A stretch of DNA of 64,000 nucleotides. Origin: a virus (lineage: Duplodnaviria; Heunggongvirae; Uroviricota; Caudoviricetes). Location: positions 160,001-224,000 of IMG/VR virus record IMGVR_UViG_3300009709_000002; one strand, 5' to 3'. A model generated the notes under the pieces. It had not been told where the DNA came from, did no database searches, and worked only from the letters and a program-made list of their open reading frames with translations. The position numbers and the translations under genes are program-made. Below are positions 27,331 to 37,158 of the stretch, piece after piece. The first letter of the stretch is position 1, and each line of letters opens with the position of its first letter.

Positions 27331-28641
27331 ATGAGCTTCAAAAATTATCTCAATAAAGCTTTGAATGAAGCACCATTCGAGGATGAAGAAGACGATCCAC
27401 ATTCAGAAAAGAACCTTGGCGCTGGTATTTACTGGGCAAAGAACACCTTCCTGCATGGTAGAGTTCATCGCATCAAATCCATCGAGCAAGCAGACTGGGA
27501 TGAGCTAGTTTCTAAGTTTGGAGAGGATGAAACTACAACATTCTATGCTGGCATCAATTTTCCAACTGAAGAAGCTTGGCATGGATTCTTCAGAGCTTAC
27601 AAGAAGAATAAAGAATTCACGTCTAAAAATTACTTCTTAGCCTTCAAGCCAGAGCACAAAGCTGAAGCTGCTAAAGTAGCAACAAGAGCTGACCCTAATC
27701 ACAGTAGCGCCAGCGTCTTCAGAAATAATGAGCGTGATTACATGGAAGGTTATGCAGGTGTCGTTTTAGAGCTTGAAGCTAAACACGGTACTGCTCTAGA
27801 TCTCGTAAAGCTATTTGATAGTAGATTTGCCGGACCGAATCGTGCTGGCCCTACCAAACTTGAAGCTGACGTGCTTCCACCTGACTTAGCTTTCAAAATC
27901 AAGAAGATCGTCTCCAAGCATATTCCGTTTGGGCATGAGATCAACAAGCATAATGTCAAAGAGCATTTCATGGCGATCAAACAGCTTGAGGGACGAACGC
28001 ATGAGTTCAATCCCGAAAAGAGCTTTGACCAAAAGAAGTACAACTACATCATCAACATGTACAGCAATTTTGATGATGAGATGCGTCACCATCTATTTGA
28101 GCTCGTTTCCAAGCTCAAGCTTGAGCCGCCATCAGCAGAATTCGTGAGAGAAGATCAGAAGAAGTGGTTTGTTGATCATGAGCTCGTCATTAAGCTCACG
28201 CTCAATCTTCCGTATGAGTATCTTGTCTACTATGATGAATTTACGCCAGCAGATCAAAAGAAAGCCGATACGATCATCAAAAAGCAGCTTGAGAAGCTAG
28301 ACAAAGCCTACATGACAGAAATCGCAAAGCTGCCGAAGCCTCTTCATGAGCATGAATTCAAGATTGAACTACATGGCGTTCTTGAATATGCCGTGGCGAT
28401 GGAGCAGTATCACCATGAGCTGACGTTCGCAGCGCACTTCAATCATTCAATTGGTGAACGTTATCGCATGCTTAACAGTCGTGAATATCTCAAGAAAATC
28501 AACTCTATGGATAATCAAGATGAGCAACGACAAGCCATTAGAAAACATGGTGAGGAAGTTACTAGCATTCTCAATCAGATGCTTCACGTCAAAGAAAAGA
28601 CAGTGAGAGACGTACTAGGACGAGCTAGTGCCTGGGATTGA
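27331..28641 (+). CDS. Predicted internal head protein
   Basis: Start ATG 27331 (MSFKNYLNKALNE) downstream of late promoter GATAAATA at 27295-27302. Confidence 0.75.
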   Translation: MSFKNYLNKALNEAPFEDEEDDPHSEKNLGAGIYWAKNTFLHGRVHRIKSIEQADWDELVSKFGEDETTTFYAGINFPTEEAWHGFFRAYKKNKEFTSKNYFLAFKPEHKAEAAKVATRADPNHSSASVFRNNERDYMEGYAGVVLELEAKHGTALDLVKLFDSRFAGPNRAGPTKLEADVLPPDLAFKIKKIVSKHIPFGHEINKHNVKEHFMAIKQLEGRTHEFNPEKSFDQKKYNYIINMYSNFDDEMRHHLFELVSKLKLEPPSAEFVREDQKKWFVDHELVIKLTLNLPYEYLVYYDEFTPADQKKADTIIKKQLEKLDKAYMTEIAKLPKPLHEHEFKIELHGVLEYAVAMEQYHHELTFAAHFNHSIGERYRMLNSREYLKKINSMDNQDEQRQAIRKHGEEVTSILNQMLHVKEKTVRDVLGRASAWD

Positions 28642-28670
28642 TAGTACCTATTAGTGCATAAAATGCAATA

Positions 28671-28699
28671 GAAAAAGGCCGCTAAAAGCGGCCTTTTTC
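28671..28699. terminator. Bidirectional terminator
   Basis: GAAAAAGGCCGC-TAAAA-GCGGCCTTTTTC between convergent genes. Confidence 0.85.
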
Positions 28700-28718
28700 A
28701 TTACTTTTACAACCTAAA

Positions 28719-30482
28719 TTAGGTCGAAGAGGTCAAACTTGCACCAGTCGATACAACGTTGATAGGGATGTAGATGAATTCAATCGCCTTTTCAGGTTGC
28801 AGTGCGATATCAACCCACAGCTGGTTGTTATCGATCGTCGTTGGCGTGTTGTTCGTGCTATCGCAAACTACGATGTAGTCATACAGACCACGACGAACCA
28901 TGATGTCGTTCAGGTAGCTGTTGATCATCTGTGAGATCGAAGCTTGAGTCTGAGCGTCGTTCAATTCGAACAGGTACGCGAACGCAGCCTTACGAATATC
29001 ACGCTTGATCTTCGTCAGAAGACGCATAACGTTAACACGATCCAGAGCCGATGACAGCGAAGCCGACGTCTTCTGACCGAACACCATGATACCGCTTCCT
29101 GGGAAGTACGGAATCGGGTTGATGCTGTTTGGCGTCTGATACAGAATGTCGCGTTGGCCTTGGTTCAGCGGAGTCGACACGAAAGTCGTTGCAGTACCGA
29201 GCGTACCAGTTACGTAACCGATGTCTGTTACACCTGACACCAGACCACGACGTGGACCAGCTGGTGGGAACCAAACTTCAGAAACGTTGTCGCTGTATGC
29301 GTACACAGACAGAGCGATACCTGACGCAGCTACGAATACGCTAACACCGTCAAGACCAGTTGCCATGCCGTATGGGTAGTAGTAAGCTACCGAGTCGTTG
29401 TTCTGACGAGCGATCGTGACAGCCCAAGTTGCCGTATCTTCTGGCGACAGGTAGTTTGGCGTGTCTGCGATAACAAACGCTTCATCATTGATCGAGTCAT
29501 TAAGAGCCAACAGTTCATCGACGCATTCTGGGTAGCCTGGGCAAAGAATCAGGTTGTACTCATAAAGTTCCGAACGAACGTCTTGGTTCGAGTTGATTTC
29601 AGCCGACAGAGCCGTCGTAATCGTTACACGCTTAGCAGCATCATTTGCACCGAGTGGGTTAGAAACTGTGACGGCAGTGATAACTACTTGGAAAGTATCG
29701 CCAGCTACGAAAGCAGTAGAACCAGCAGTAATAGTAAACGAAACCAGACCATTGTTGTAAGGTGTACCTACTGTTGCGTTGCCTTGTGGACCAGATGCAA
29801 AACCAGAGACCGCGAATGTTGCTACGAACGATGATGCATTACCTTGTGAAGCCCAAGTTACAGAACCGTCAACCACAGCAGTTCCAAGCGTGCTAGGAGC
29901 CGTCGCGCCTGAAGTACCTGCTACTACGCACTTGTACAGGTAGCCGTTTGCCGTTACCAGAGCGCCAACCGTGTAAGCTGTCGAAGCGGCCCAAACAGTT
30001 GGAGTTGCGTTGCAAGTTGCTGTCCAAACTTCAGCTTGAGCAGTAGCTTGATTAACCGTGAAGCCTGAAAGTGAACCGTTGCCTGTACCAGAATAAGCTG
30101 GAGTACCTGCGCTAAGTGTTGTTACATCGCCGTCGGTCAAGTCTACGTCTGCACGTACAACGTACGCTACGTTACCCTGAGCCAAGAATTGGTTAAGTGC
30201 GAAGAGGCCATATTCGTTACGTGCGTCGCCGTTTAGCTGATTACCAGCCGTGTCGGTGCGGAAGTATGGAATGCCGTACAGCTGCGTCGATGTGTTGATC
30301 GACGTCACGGTACGAACTACCGAGTGTTCTTGAGTACCAAGAGCTGCAGTCACGCCGTCCGGTTGAAACTTATTCGCACGTGTTCCTACGAAGATCAAAG
30401 GAACCGTCGGCGCCGAAGCTGGGACGTAATAAGAATTATCAACGATTGTGACCGATACGCCTGGGCTAACTAGTGTTGCCAT
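28719..30482 (-). CDS. gp18: Contractile tail sheath protein
   Basis: LVSPGVSV, WFPPAGPRRG, GQKT, LDRVNVMRL, FELND and KAIEFIYIP; late promoter at 30545-30551. Confidence 0.95.
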   Translation of the reverse strand: MATLVSPGVSVTIVDNSYYVPASAPTVPLIFVGTRANKFQPDGVTAALGTQEHSVVRTVTSINTSTQLYGIPYFRTDTAGNQLNGDARNEYGLFALNQFLAQGNVAYVVRADVDLTDGDVTTLSAGTPAYSGTGNGSLSGFTVNQATAQAEVWTATCNATPTVWAASTAYTVGALVTANGYLYKCVVAGTSGATAPSTLGTAVVDGSVTWASQGNASSFVATFAVSGFASGPQGNATVGTPYNNGLVSFTITAGSTAFVAGDTFQVVITAVTVSNPLGANDAAKRVTITTALSAEINSNQDVRSELYEYNLILCPGYPECVDELLALNDSINDEAFVIADTPNYLSPEDTATWAVTIARQNNDSVAYYYPYGMATGLDGVSVFVAASGIALSVYAYSDNVSEVWFPPAGPRRGLVSGVTDIGYVTGTLGTATTFVSTPLNQGQRDILYQTPNSINPIPYFPGSGIMVFGQKTSASLSSALDRVNVMRLLTKIKRDIRKAAFAYLFELNDAQTQASISQMINSYLNDIMVRRGLYDYIVVCDSTNNTPTTIDNNQLWVDIALQPEKAIEFIYIPINVVSTGASLTSST

Positions 30483-30646
30483 TTGTCTGTTCTCCTAAGG
30501 TGGAAATCTTTCAATGAGCCAAAGAAGGATCATTTTCATAGTTGTATTTATTGAAAAGACCATCCTGATGGAAATTCTTACCATCTTTTGTCGGAGAACA
30601 CAACAAAGGTGCTAAAAAGCACCTTTTATTTTAAGTCTAGTGTGAT

Positions 30647-31294
30647 TTACAGTACGGCGAGCATCTCAGCTAAGAGTATCTTTGCTTCTTCAGTTAGCTT
30701 TTGTTTCTTACTGAGATTGTCAACAGCGGGGATAACGCGTAGATTTTTGATATCGGCCATCACTTCTGGTGGAATCTTGTTTTTGAACCCAGTGATGATC
30801 GGAACAATATGGTCCAGATTTACACAATCATCATGAAGATCAGGTCTTGAACGCTTTATACGAGTTGGATTCAACGTATCAATATTAGCTAGATACGTTT
30901 GATTTGAAATGTCACGAACAATCTTTGCATAATCATTCCACTCATTCAAATCATAATCTCTGCCAAATTTCTCCATGAACCCCGTCAAACATGTCTTCAT
31001 ACGTTTTTGTGGCCCACATACACCGCAAATAGAACGTTTGCTGAAGATGTTGTTCATCTTTGCCGTAAAAATGTGACCACATAGGCGACGGCGAACTTCA
31101 ATTGAAGCATGAACTCCCTTCCATTCAGATTTGAATTCCTGAATGAAATCATATCCCATCTCATCAAGCCTAGACAGATACTTTGCTCGATTTTGTTCTC
31201 TAAGAGATGCTGTTCTGCAAGAAGCACATTCACCAATCTTATTTCCACTTGGTTTAGTGCAACCACAAGTTATGCATATGTATTTTGGATTCAT
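30647..31294 (-). CDS. HNH homing endonuclease with zinc-finger modules
   Basis: LDHIVPI...NLRVIPAVDNLSK and several CxxC; AT-rich; probable start ATG 31294. Confidence 0.8.
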   Translation of the reverse strand: MNPKYICITCGCTKPSGNKIGECASCRTASLREQNRAKYLSRLDEMGYDFIQEFKSEWKGVHASIEVRRRLCGHIFTAKMNNIFSKRSICGVCGPQKRMKTCLTGFMEKFGRDYDLNEWNDYAKIVRDISNQTYLANIDTLNPTRIKRSRPDLHDDCVNLDHIVPIITGFKNKIPPEVMADIKNLRVIPAVDNLSKKQKLTEEAKILLAEMLAVL

Positions 31295-31300
31295 GAATGT

Positions 31301-31330
31301 ATTATATTTCATCTACATCATGAAGTAAAC
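31301..31330 (-). promoter_or_regulatory. Early-type promoter for the HNH gene
   Basis: GTTTACT-N17-TATAAT, with the -10 box ending about 7 nt before ATG 31294. Confidence 0.65.
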
Positions 31331-31344
31331 CATTTGACAAAAGA

Positions 31345-31368
31345 AAAGGGAGACAGAAGTCTCCCTTT
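31345..31368 (-). terminator. Terminator after the major capsid gene
   Basis: AAAGGGAGAC-AGAA-GTCTCCCTTT with a T-run on the minus strand. Confidence 0.8.
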
Positions 31369-31444
31369 AAATTACAACTTATCTACAGCTATTAGGTGTT
31401 CGTTGCGCCGAAAGTATTGCTTCCGGCTAACACTAGTTTCGTAA

Positions 31445-32797
31445 TTAAACAAATACCAGGTTGTTTACAACGATTTTTCCATAATAGTCGGCGGAATTCG
31501 CAAGCGATGTGTTCGATGCGGTGAAGGTAGCCTTACCGTAACGAGTCAGCACTGCAAGTTGGTTGTTGTACGTTTGTGGGTCGATAACCGTGTTAGAAGT
31601 CATCAGCGGGATGTATGGGCAGTAGAAGTAACCTGCATCCGTTTCACCATTGCCACCCTTGTAACCGACCAGAACGATGTCCGACGTTGATGTTACAGTG
31701 CTGTTATCTACCGAAGCTTGCGCAACTGCAGCGAACGAAGCATTGAACAGGAACGAGTAAACCTTGATCGTGCCGTTCAGCGTACCAGCCAGGCGTGTGT
31801 TGTTCGGACCTTCGAACGAGCCAGAAACAGCTGGTGCGAATACCGACTTAGCAGCCGATTGGAGAACTGAAACAACTTGCGGGGACACAACGATGAAGTT
31901 ACCAGCACCGCGACGTGTCTTAGCAGCGATTTCGTTTGCGACCTTGTTGATCAGCACGCCCAGAACTGCATGGCGGTCACCAACATAGTGCGGAACACCC
32001 GTGAACGAACCGGACATGTCGAACGTTTCCGTTGCGCCAGCCAGCGTGATCAGGTCTGTAACGATTTCGTTGTCGATTTCGTGAACGATTTCAGCCGAAA
32101 GAGCCTGGGTGATTTCTGCTTCAAGATCAAGGCCGTGCTGCGATGCCAAGTCTTGCATAGCTTCGATCGACCACTTGGCTTGCAAGCGACGTGTCTTAGC
32201 TTCAACTGCTTGACGCAGGATCTGGATACCCATTGCACGACCTGGGAACGATTCCATATCCAGCGTGTTACCACCGTTACCAGTCAGCGGAGCTGTGGTA
32301 AGGTCAAACGTTGCTGCTGGGGTGAAAGCACCACCGATCGAAACACCGGTAGTTGGGTCAAACGGTCCGCCTGCTTGCGATGGGTTTACACCACCTGCAT
32401 AGAAACGGCGCATTTTCGATGCGTATGGTTGAACAGACGATGTGTTACCGAATGCTTCGTCGTTAACCGCGATATCACCACCTGGCGATTCTGTCGTCGT
32501 TGCGGAGTTCTTGTAAACAAGACGCATCGAGAAGATCAGGCCTGTAGGACCGTTCATTGGCTGAACACCAACGAGTTCGGTAGCAACAGTACCAGGGATA
32601 ATACGTCGAATCATCGGCAGTACGATCTTTTGGAACGAACCGATGTTACCTGCGGAAGTTACGTCAGCACCAGCAGTTTCAACCAGATACTTCTTCTGGT
32701 TTTCAAGCACTTGGTTGACGATGTTAGCACGGCGAGGATCAAGCCCATCAGTCAAGGCAGACTTGGTTCCTTCCCAATTTTCAAAAAGTTCCTTCAT
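31445..32797 (-). CDS. gp23: Major capsid protein
   Basis: GVQPMNGPTGLIF, AKTRRLQAKWSIEAMQDL, TRRGAGN, YFYCPYIPL and TRYG. Confidence 0.97.
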   Translation of the reverse strand: MKELFENWEGTKSALTDGLDPRRANIVNQVLENQKKYLVETAGADVTSAGNIGSFQKIVLPMIRRIIPGTVATELVGVQPMNGPTGLIFSMRLVYKNSATTTESPGGDIAVNDEAFGNTSSVQPYASKMRRFYAGGVNPSQAGGPFDPTTGVSIGGAFTPAATFDLTTAPLTGNGGNTLDMESFPGRAMGIQILRQAVEAKTRRLQAKWSIEAMQDLASQHGLDLEAEITQALSAEIVHEIDNEIVTDLITLAGATETFDMSGSFTGVPHYVGDRHAVLGVLINKVANEIAAKTRRGAGNFIVVSPQVVSVLQSAAKSVFAPAVSGSFEGPNNTRLAGTLNGTIKVYSFLFNASFAAVAQASVDNSTVTSTSDIVLVGYKGGNGETDAGYFYCPYIPLMTSNTVIDPQTYNNQLAVLTRYGKATFTASNTSLANSADYYGKIVVNNLVFV

Positions 32798-32829
32798 GGC
32801 GTCTTAGCTCCTAGAATTGAAGGGATTGT

Positions 32830-33744
32830 TTACTTCAAGCCTGCCAGTTTGCGCATGCGCGAAACTTGGTCGTCTTGTTGCGTTTTTACTACTGCTGCGA
32901 CATCTTCATTCAGCGGTACTTCATTACCAGTTACCAGGTTGCCGGCCGGTGGCGTAGCAGCTGGAGTTGTGGATTCAGTTACCACTGGCTTCTTCGTTTG
33001 TTCAACTGAAGCTTCCTTGATAACGCGGCCGACGTAAACGCCGTATGCTTCATCAAGCTTTTCTGTTGCAACATTTTGAAGAAGAATCTTCATTTGTTCT
33101 TTTGCGATTCCACTGAGTGGAGCCAGAAGACCATCAAGCTTACCTTGACGTTGTTCTGCGAGCGCGGTACGTTCGATCTCTGCGAGACGTTGTTCTGCAT
33201 CTGCCAGCTTATCGGTGGCTTCAGCAAGAGCACGTTCTGTCTTCGACGTATCATCCTTGCGGAACTTCTTGAACGTTTGTTCCATGGATTCGAAAATCTC
33301 ACGGCCAAATTCAAGCTTCTTAACTTCTTCAATATCTTCGTGAAGTTCCGTCATCTCTTCGTCCAGGCGGACTTCGAGGAAGGCGTCGATCTTATCAACG
33401 AGTTGGTCGAGTTGTTCGCCGAGCTTAGTTGCGAGAGCTTCTTTCTCTTCAACAAGCTTTTCAGCAAATTCTACTTCCAGGTCGCGGAATTGATTGATGT
33501 CTTCTTTAAGCTCATCGAACTCTGCCTTCAGGAACGATTCGAGCTTAGCGTCGATCGATTCTGCCAGTTGTTCACGAGCCTTGACGAACTCTTCGGTCAG
33601 CTGCGTGCGAACCTCAACTTCTACAGCGGCGCGTTGTTCAGCCAAAAAGCTGTCCATCGATGCCTTGAACTGAGCTGAAATCTCAGCCTTAGTTTCTTCA
33701 CTGAGAACGTCAGATTCAAGCAGTTTCTTCAGAATTTCATCCAT
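32830..33744 (-). CDS. gp22: Prohead core scaffold protein
   Basis: Acidic coiled coil immediately upstream of gp23. ATG 33744 after GGAG; TATAAATA at 33794-33801 and 33885-33892. Confidence 0.85.
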   Translation of the reverse strand: MDEILKKLLESDVLSEETKAEISAQFKASMDSFLAEQRAAVEVEVRTQLTEEFVKAREQLAESIDAKLESFLKAEFDELKEDINQFRDLEVEFAEKLVEEKEALATKLGEQLDQLVDKIDAFLEVRLDEEMTELHEDIEEVKKLEFGREIFESMEQTFKKFRKDDTSKTERALAEATDKLADAEQRLAEIERTALAEQRQGKLDGLLAPLSGIAKEQMKILLQNVATEKLDEAYGVYVGRVIKEASVEQTKKPVVTESTTPAATPPAGNLVTGNEVPLNEDVAAVVKTQQDDQVSRMRKLAGLK

Positions 33745-33926
33745 GCTTGTGTCTCCGTAAATGGTTGAAAATACATCCATTCTTTACAATGGATATTTAT
33801 ACCTGGCCATCAAAAACTCATCTTTTTTGGCCTCTTTTCCTATGCATAAGGCTCAAGTTGATGTTCTTGAGCCTTAAGCGAAGGTATTTATAAGCTCGAA
33901 AGCTTAAAAATCTGGAAGAACTGGAA

Positions 33927-34253
33927 TTAGTCTTCTTTAGGAACGTCAGCTTCATCAGAGTAGAATGACAGATGCTTGTTCGTGTCATTATACAAGACGT
34001 ATGCGTTGCCAAAACGTTTGACTTTTCCGTCATCAGCGAGGCCGAGTAGGTCAACCAGAGCTTCAATGATAGGGTCTTCATTCTTAATGAAAACAACCTT
34101 ACCCTTCAGGCCTGGAATCAGCTTACGGTCGGAGTAGCCAACGTGAACACGCTTGAGTTCGAAAGACTCAGTGAGCGATGTAGCTGGAGCTGTCGTTTCT
34201 TTAACTTCATCAATGATGCCGAGCTTCTTGAAAATTTCTGCGAAATCTGACAT
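33927..34253 (-). CDS. Small head-module protein
   Basis: 108 aa, translationally coupled, between gp21 and gp22. Confidence 0.7.
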   Translation of the reverse strand: MSDFAEIFKKLGIIDEVKETTAPATSLTESFELKRVHVGYSDRKLIPGLKGKVVFIKNEDPIIEALVDLLGLADDGKVKRFGNAYVLYNDTNKHLSFYSDEADVPKED

Positions 34254-34654
34254 TATTCGTCCTTCTTGTGCTTTGCGTCGAATTCTTGCTTCTTAGCGAT
34301 GTCTTCGGCGTGCTTAGCAAAGTGAATTGCTTCACCGTCCCAAGTTACAAAGCCATGAGCAATCTTCTTTGGTTCTGGATCATGCATGCTGAGACCTAGG
34401 AAATTAGCGAGAATGAACGCACCATTCTTCTTTTCATAAGTACCTTCAGATTCAATCACGAAGATGAAACCCTGTTGGTCCTTCAGGTCATGGACTTCTA
34501 CAAGACCAAGCTTGTATGTTTTTGCTTCGCCATCACCCTTGCTAAGAGCCTCTGTTACTACAGGAGGAACAATTGCTTCTTTCTTAGCGGCGGTTGCGAT
34601 GCGATGCTTAATGCCTGCAAGTTCCTGCAGGCGAACTGCCGTATCATCACTCAT
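34253..34654 (-). CDS. Small head-module protein
   Basis: 133 aa, coupled to gp21; N-terminal RLQELAGIK. Confidence 0.7.
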   Translation of the reverse strand: MSDDTAVRLQELAGIKHRIATAAKKEAIVPPVVTEALSKGDGEAKTYKLGLVEVHDLKDQQGFIFVIESEGTYEKKNGAFILANFLGLSMHDPEPKKIAHGFVTWDGEAIHFAKHAEDIAKKQEFDAKHKKDE

Positions 34655-35292
34655 TATTCACCTTTGATTTGTTGGCCTGTCAGCTTTTCGAAGAAAGCAG
34701 CCAGTTCTTTCTTGAAGTACTTCTGTGCAGTTGGATCATGAATGACTGATTCAGCCAGAGTCATAACCTTCTTGTTGTCTTGCAAGCTTTCCATGACGTG
34801 GCCAGGGAATGCGTTTGGAGCAGATGGAGTTGCTACAATGTCAACTGTTACCAAGTTGAATTGCGAAACCACACCTTCGTTTACGTTACCAGATCCGCGT
34901 GACGATACACCAAGCTTACCACCAGCTTCCAGAATGGCCTTGACCATCTGTCCCATAGGGTGACCTTCAATAATACGTGCCTTACCGATAGCGTTAGAGC
35001 CATCCATGTACATTTCTGTAATGATGTGCGATACGTTCTTCAGGTCAATGCTAAGATTGTCAGGGTGGTTAAGTTCACCGTAAACGGTGATACCTTCTTT
35101 GATCTTGCGGTTGATGTCATTAACGGCAGAGCAAATTTCGGCAAGCGGGTATTTGCGTTGGTTACCATTCAGGACATCGGCTTGCATGAAAATACCAGAC
35201 AAGTAAGAAGACTTACTCTTCTGGTTGTCTTCAATGATAACATTAGCTACTGCCGGGTGAATGCTTTCGATAAGAACTAGCTCTTTAGCCAT
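34654..35292 (-). CDS. gp21: Prohead protease
   Basis: GIFMQAD, NGNQRKYP, GELNHP, GVSSRGSG and DIVATPS. Confidence 0.95.
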   Translation of the reverse strand: MAKELVLIESIHPAVANVIIEDNQKSKSSYLSGIFMQADVLNGNQRKYPLAEICSAVNDINRKIKEGITVYGELNHPDNLSIDLKNVSHIITEMYMDGSNAIGKARIIEGHPMGQMVKAILEAGGKLGVSSRGSGNVNEGVVSQFNLVTVDIVATPSAPNAFPGHVMESLQDNKKVMTLAESVIHDPTAQKYFKKELAAFFEKLTGQQIKGE

Positions 35293-35370
35293 AATGTTCT
35301 CTCCTGTTCAATTATGATGAAGCTATTTATCGCTATCACTTCACCATAATTGAATTTGCGGAGAATTTAC

Positions 35371-37101
35371 TTATTTTCCTTCATCTTTGTCCTTAGAGCT
35401 TGGCGTTTCCGCTTCAGTTCCTTCGGCTTCAGTGTTTGTATCTTCCTTGTCCTTATCTTTGTCCTCGGACGTATCTTCAGACGTTGAACCTTCCGACTCG
35501 GAACCTTCACCTTGAGTATCTTCACCTTCTGGAGTTTCACTTTCTGACTCCTCTCCTTCCGGTTCCTCACCCTTCGGCTTCTCTGTTTCCTTCTCGTAGT
35601 TGTCATAATCATCCGACACCTTGATGTCTGGACGGCCTTCTTGCCACTTCTTGTCGTACATCATGCGGACTGCATCAAGACCTGGAGCAATACCATCATC
35701 TGGAATGTTGCGTTCTTGCTTCAGAAGCGCTTCATTCATCTTGATGTCATCTTCCGTATAATTCAAGTAGCGGATCAGACCGTAACGTGCTGAGATCGAC
35801 TCGATGTCCTTGACGCTGCTGTAGATGCTCATCAGCTTTTCATCAACTTCAGCTTGCTTGTAGATGTCGAAGTCTTGTGGCGCTGGAAGCTCGATGCGGA
35901 ACAAGAATGGATCAATGTTGATACCAGCCGCCTTCAAGTATGCCTTGAAGTGAGTATCGAAGGTGCGATTGATCTTCGATTGAAGACGTGAAACGAAATT
36001 AGCGAAACGAAGTTCCTCAATGTAAGCTACACCAACCTTACCATCTGAAACTTGACCGCCTTGATCCGAGCTACCACGCATGTATGATGATGGAATACGT
36101 AGGCCTTGAAGCAGCTTGTTTTGGAAGTAGTTCAAGTCAGAGATCTCACCGAGATTTTCACCGCCGGAGAGTGTTTCAACGCGTGAGCCACGACCGTTTG
36201 CAGATTGAGCGAAGAAGTAATCTTCAGTCATCGACATTGGGTTGTAGACCGAATCGATCTTTTCCTGACCACCAGATTCATTCGGAACACGCTTTTGGCG
36301 AACTTCATTCTTGATCGACTCAAGGTATGACTTCACACGCTGTGGCGGCATGTTACCAGTGTCGATAAAGAACACACGACGCTCTGGAGCACGAACGATA
36401 CGATAGATGATGACAGAATCTTCAAGCAGCGTCAAGTGACGATATGCCTTGACGACCGGGAAGAGCACCGATTCACCAAACGGGCCAGATTCACCCATGC
36501 CGCTCGACAGAGAGAAGTGGATGATACCAGCTGCTGGAACGATTTCAACGTCGCCAAACGCGCCCTTGTCATTCTTAGCGCCAGTGCGAAGGTGATAGTG
36601 TGTTGCGCGGTTCGTTTCCTTATCCAGCACGACACCAATGATGTCTCGCGGATCAAGATACATCCACTTCTTGAAGTCGGATGTTTTACGGAAGAAGCAA
36701 TCACCGTACTTTATAACAACACGTGCAATGTCGAACACGATGTGGTTCAAGTCTTGAACTTCACACCAGTGACGAAGAGCTGCACGAACTAACTCGGTGA
36801 TATTTTGGTCAACAGAACGGCTCACTTCATTTTGATAGTTGATGTCAAATGGAAGATGAGTCTTAGTGTTCTTGTTTGTCATTTCTTCGGCGATCGTATC
36901 TAGCGCTCGAGCGACAAATACGTCTGAGTCCATGCCTACGTACTGAGTGTACTTAGAGGCACGAGAAGACGCGCCCTTCATAACCTTCGTGTACCACGAG
37001 AAGTTATTGAAGAACTTTGTTTCCTCTGGACTAGCGTTGTATGTCGTCTTTACCGGAGCCGGTTTGACAATACGCCAATAGTCTGTGAAAATTCCAGCCA
37101 T
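35371..37101 (-). CDS. gp20: Portal protein
   Basis: LLEDSVIIYRIVRAPERRVFFIDTGNMP, EDYFF and GGENLG. Confidence 0.96.
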   Translation of the reverse strand: MAGIFTDYWRIVKPAPVKTTYNASPEETKFFNNFSWYTKVMKGASSRASKYTQYVGMDSDVFVARALDTIAEEMTNKNTKTHLPFDINYQNEVSRSVDQNITELVRAALRHWCEVQDLNHIVFDIARVVIKYGDCFFRKTSDFKKWMYLDPRDIIGVVLDKETNRATHYHLRTGAKNDKGAFGDVEIVPAAGIIHFSLSSGMGESGPFGESVLFPVVKAYRHLTLLEDSVIIYRIVRAPERRVFFIDTGNMPPQRVKSYLESIKNEVRQKRVPNESGGQEKIDSVYNPMSMTEDYFFAQSANGRGSRVETLSGGENLGEISDLNYFQNKLLQGLRIPSSYMRGSSDQGGQVSDGKVGVAYIEELRFANFVSRLQSKINRTFDTHFKAYLKAAGINIDPFLFRIELPAPQDFDIYKQAEVDEKLMSIYSSVKDIESISARYGLIRYLNYTEDDIKMNEALLKQERNIPDDGIAPGLDAVRMMYDKKWQEGRPDIKVSDDYDNYEKETEKPKGEEPEGEESESETPEGEDTQGEGSESEGSTSEDTSEDKDKDKEDTNTEAEGTEAETPSSKDKDEGK

Positions 37102-37158
37102 GTAGATATTCTCTATTAAGTTGTGATGGGTTTATTTATGGACCCACCAAGAATGGCA

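Noticed and set aside
31877-33678. Long plus-strand ORFs (386 aa and 200 aa) opposite gp23/gp22
   Set aside because: Shadows caused by strong codon bias in highly expressed genes; no RBS, promoter or motif.
35367-35624. Arg/Lys-rich and Pro/Leu-rich short ORFs at the portal 3' end
   Set aside because: Alternate-frame artefacts of the low-complexity acidic tail.
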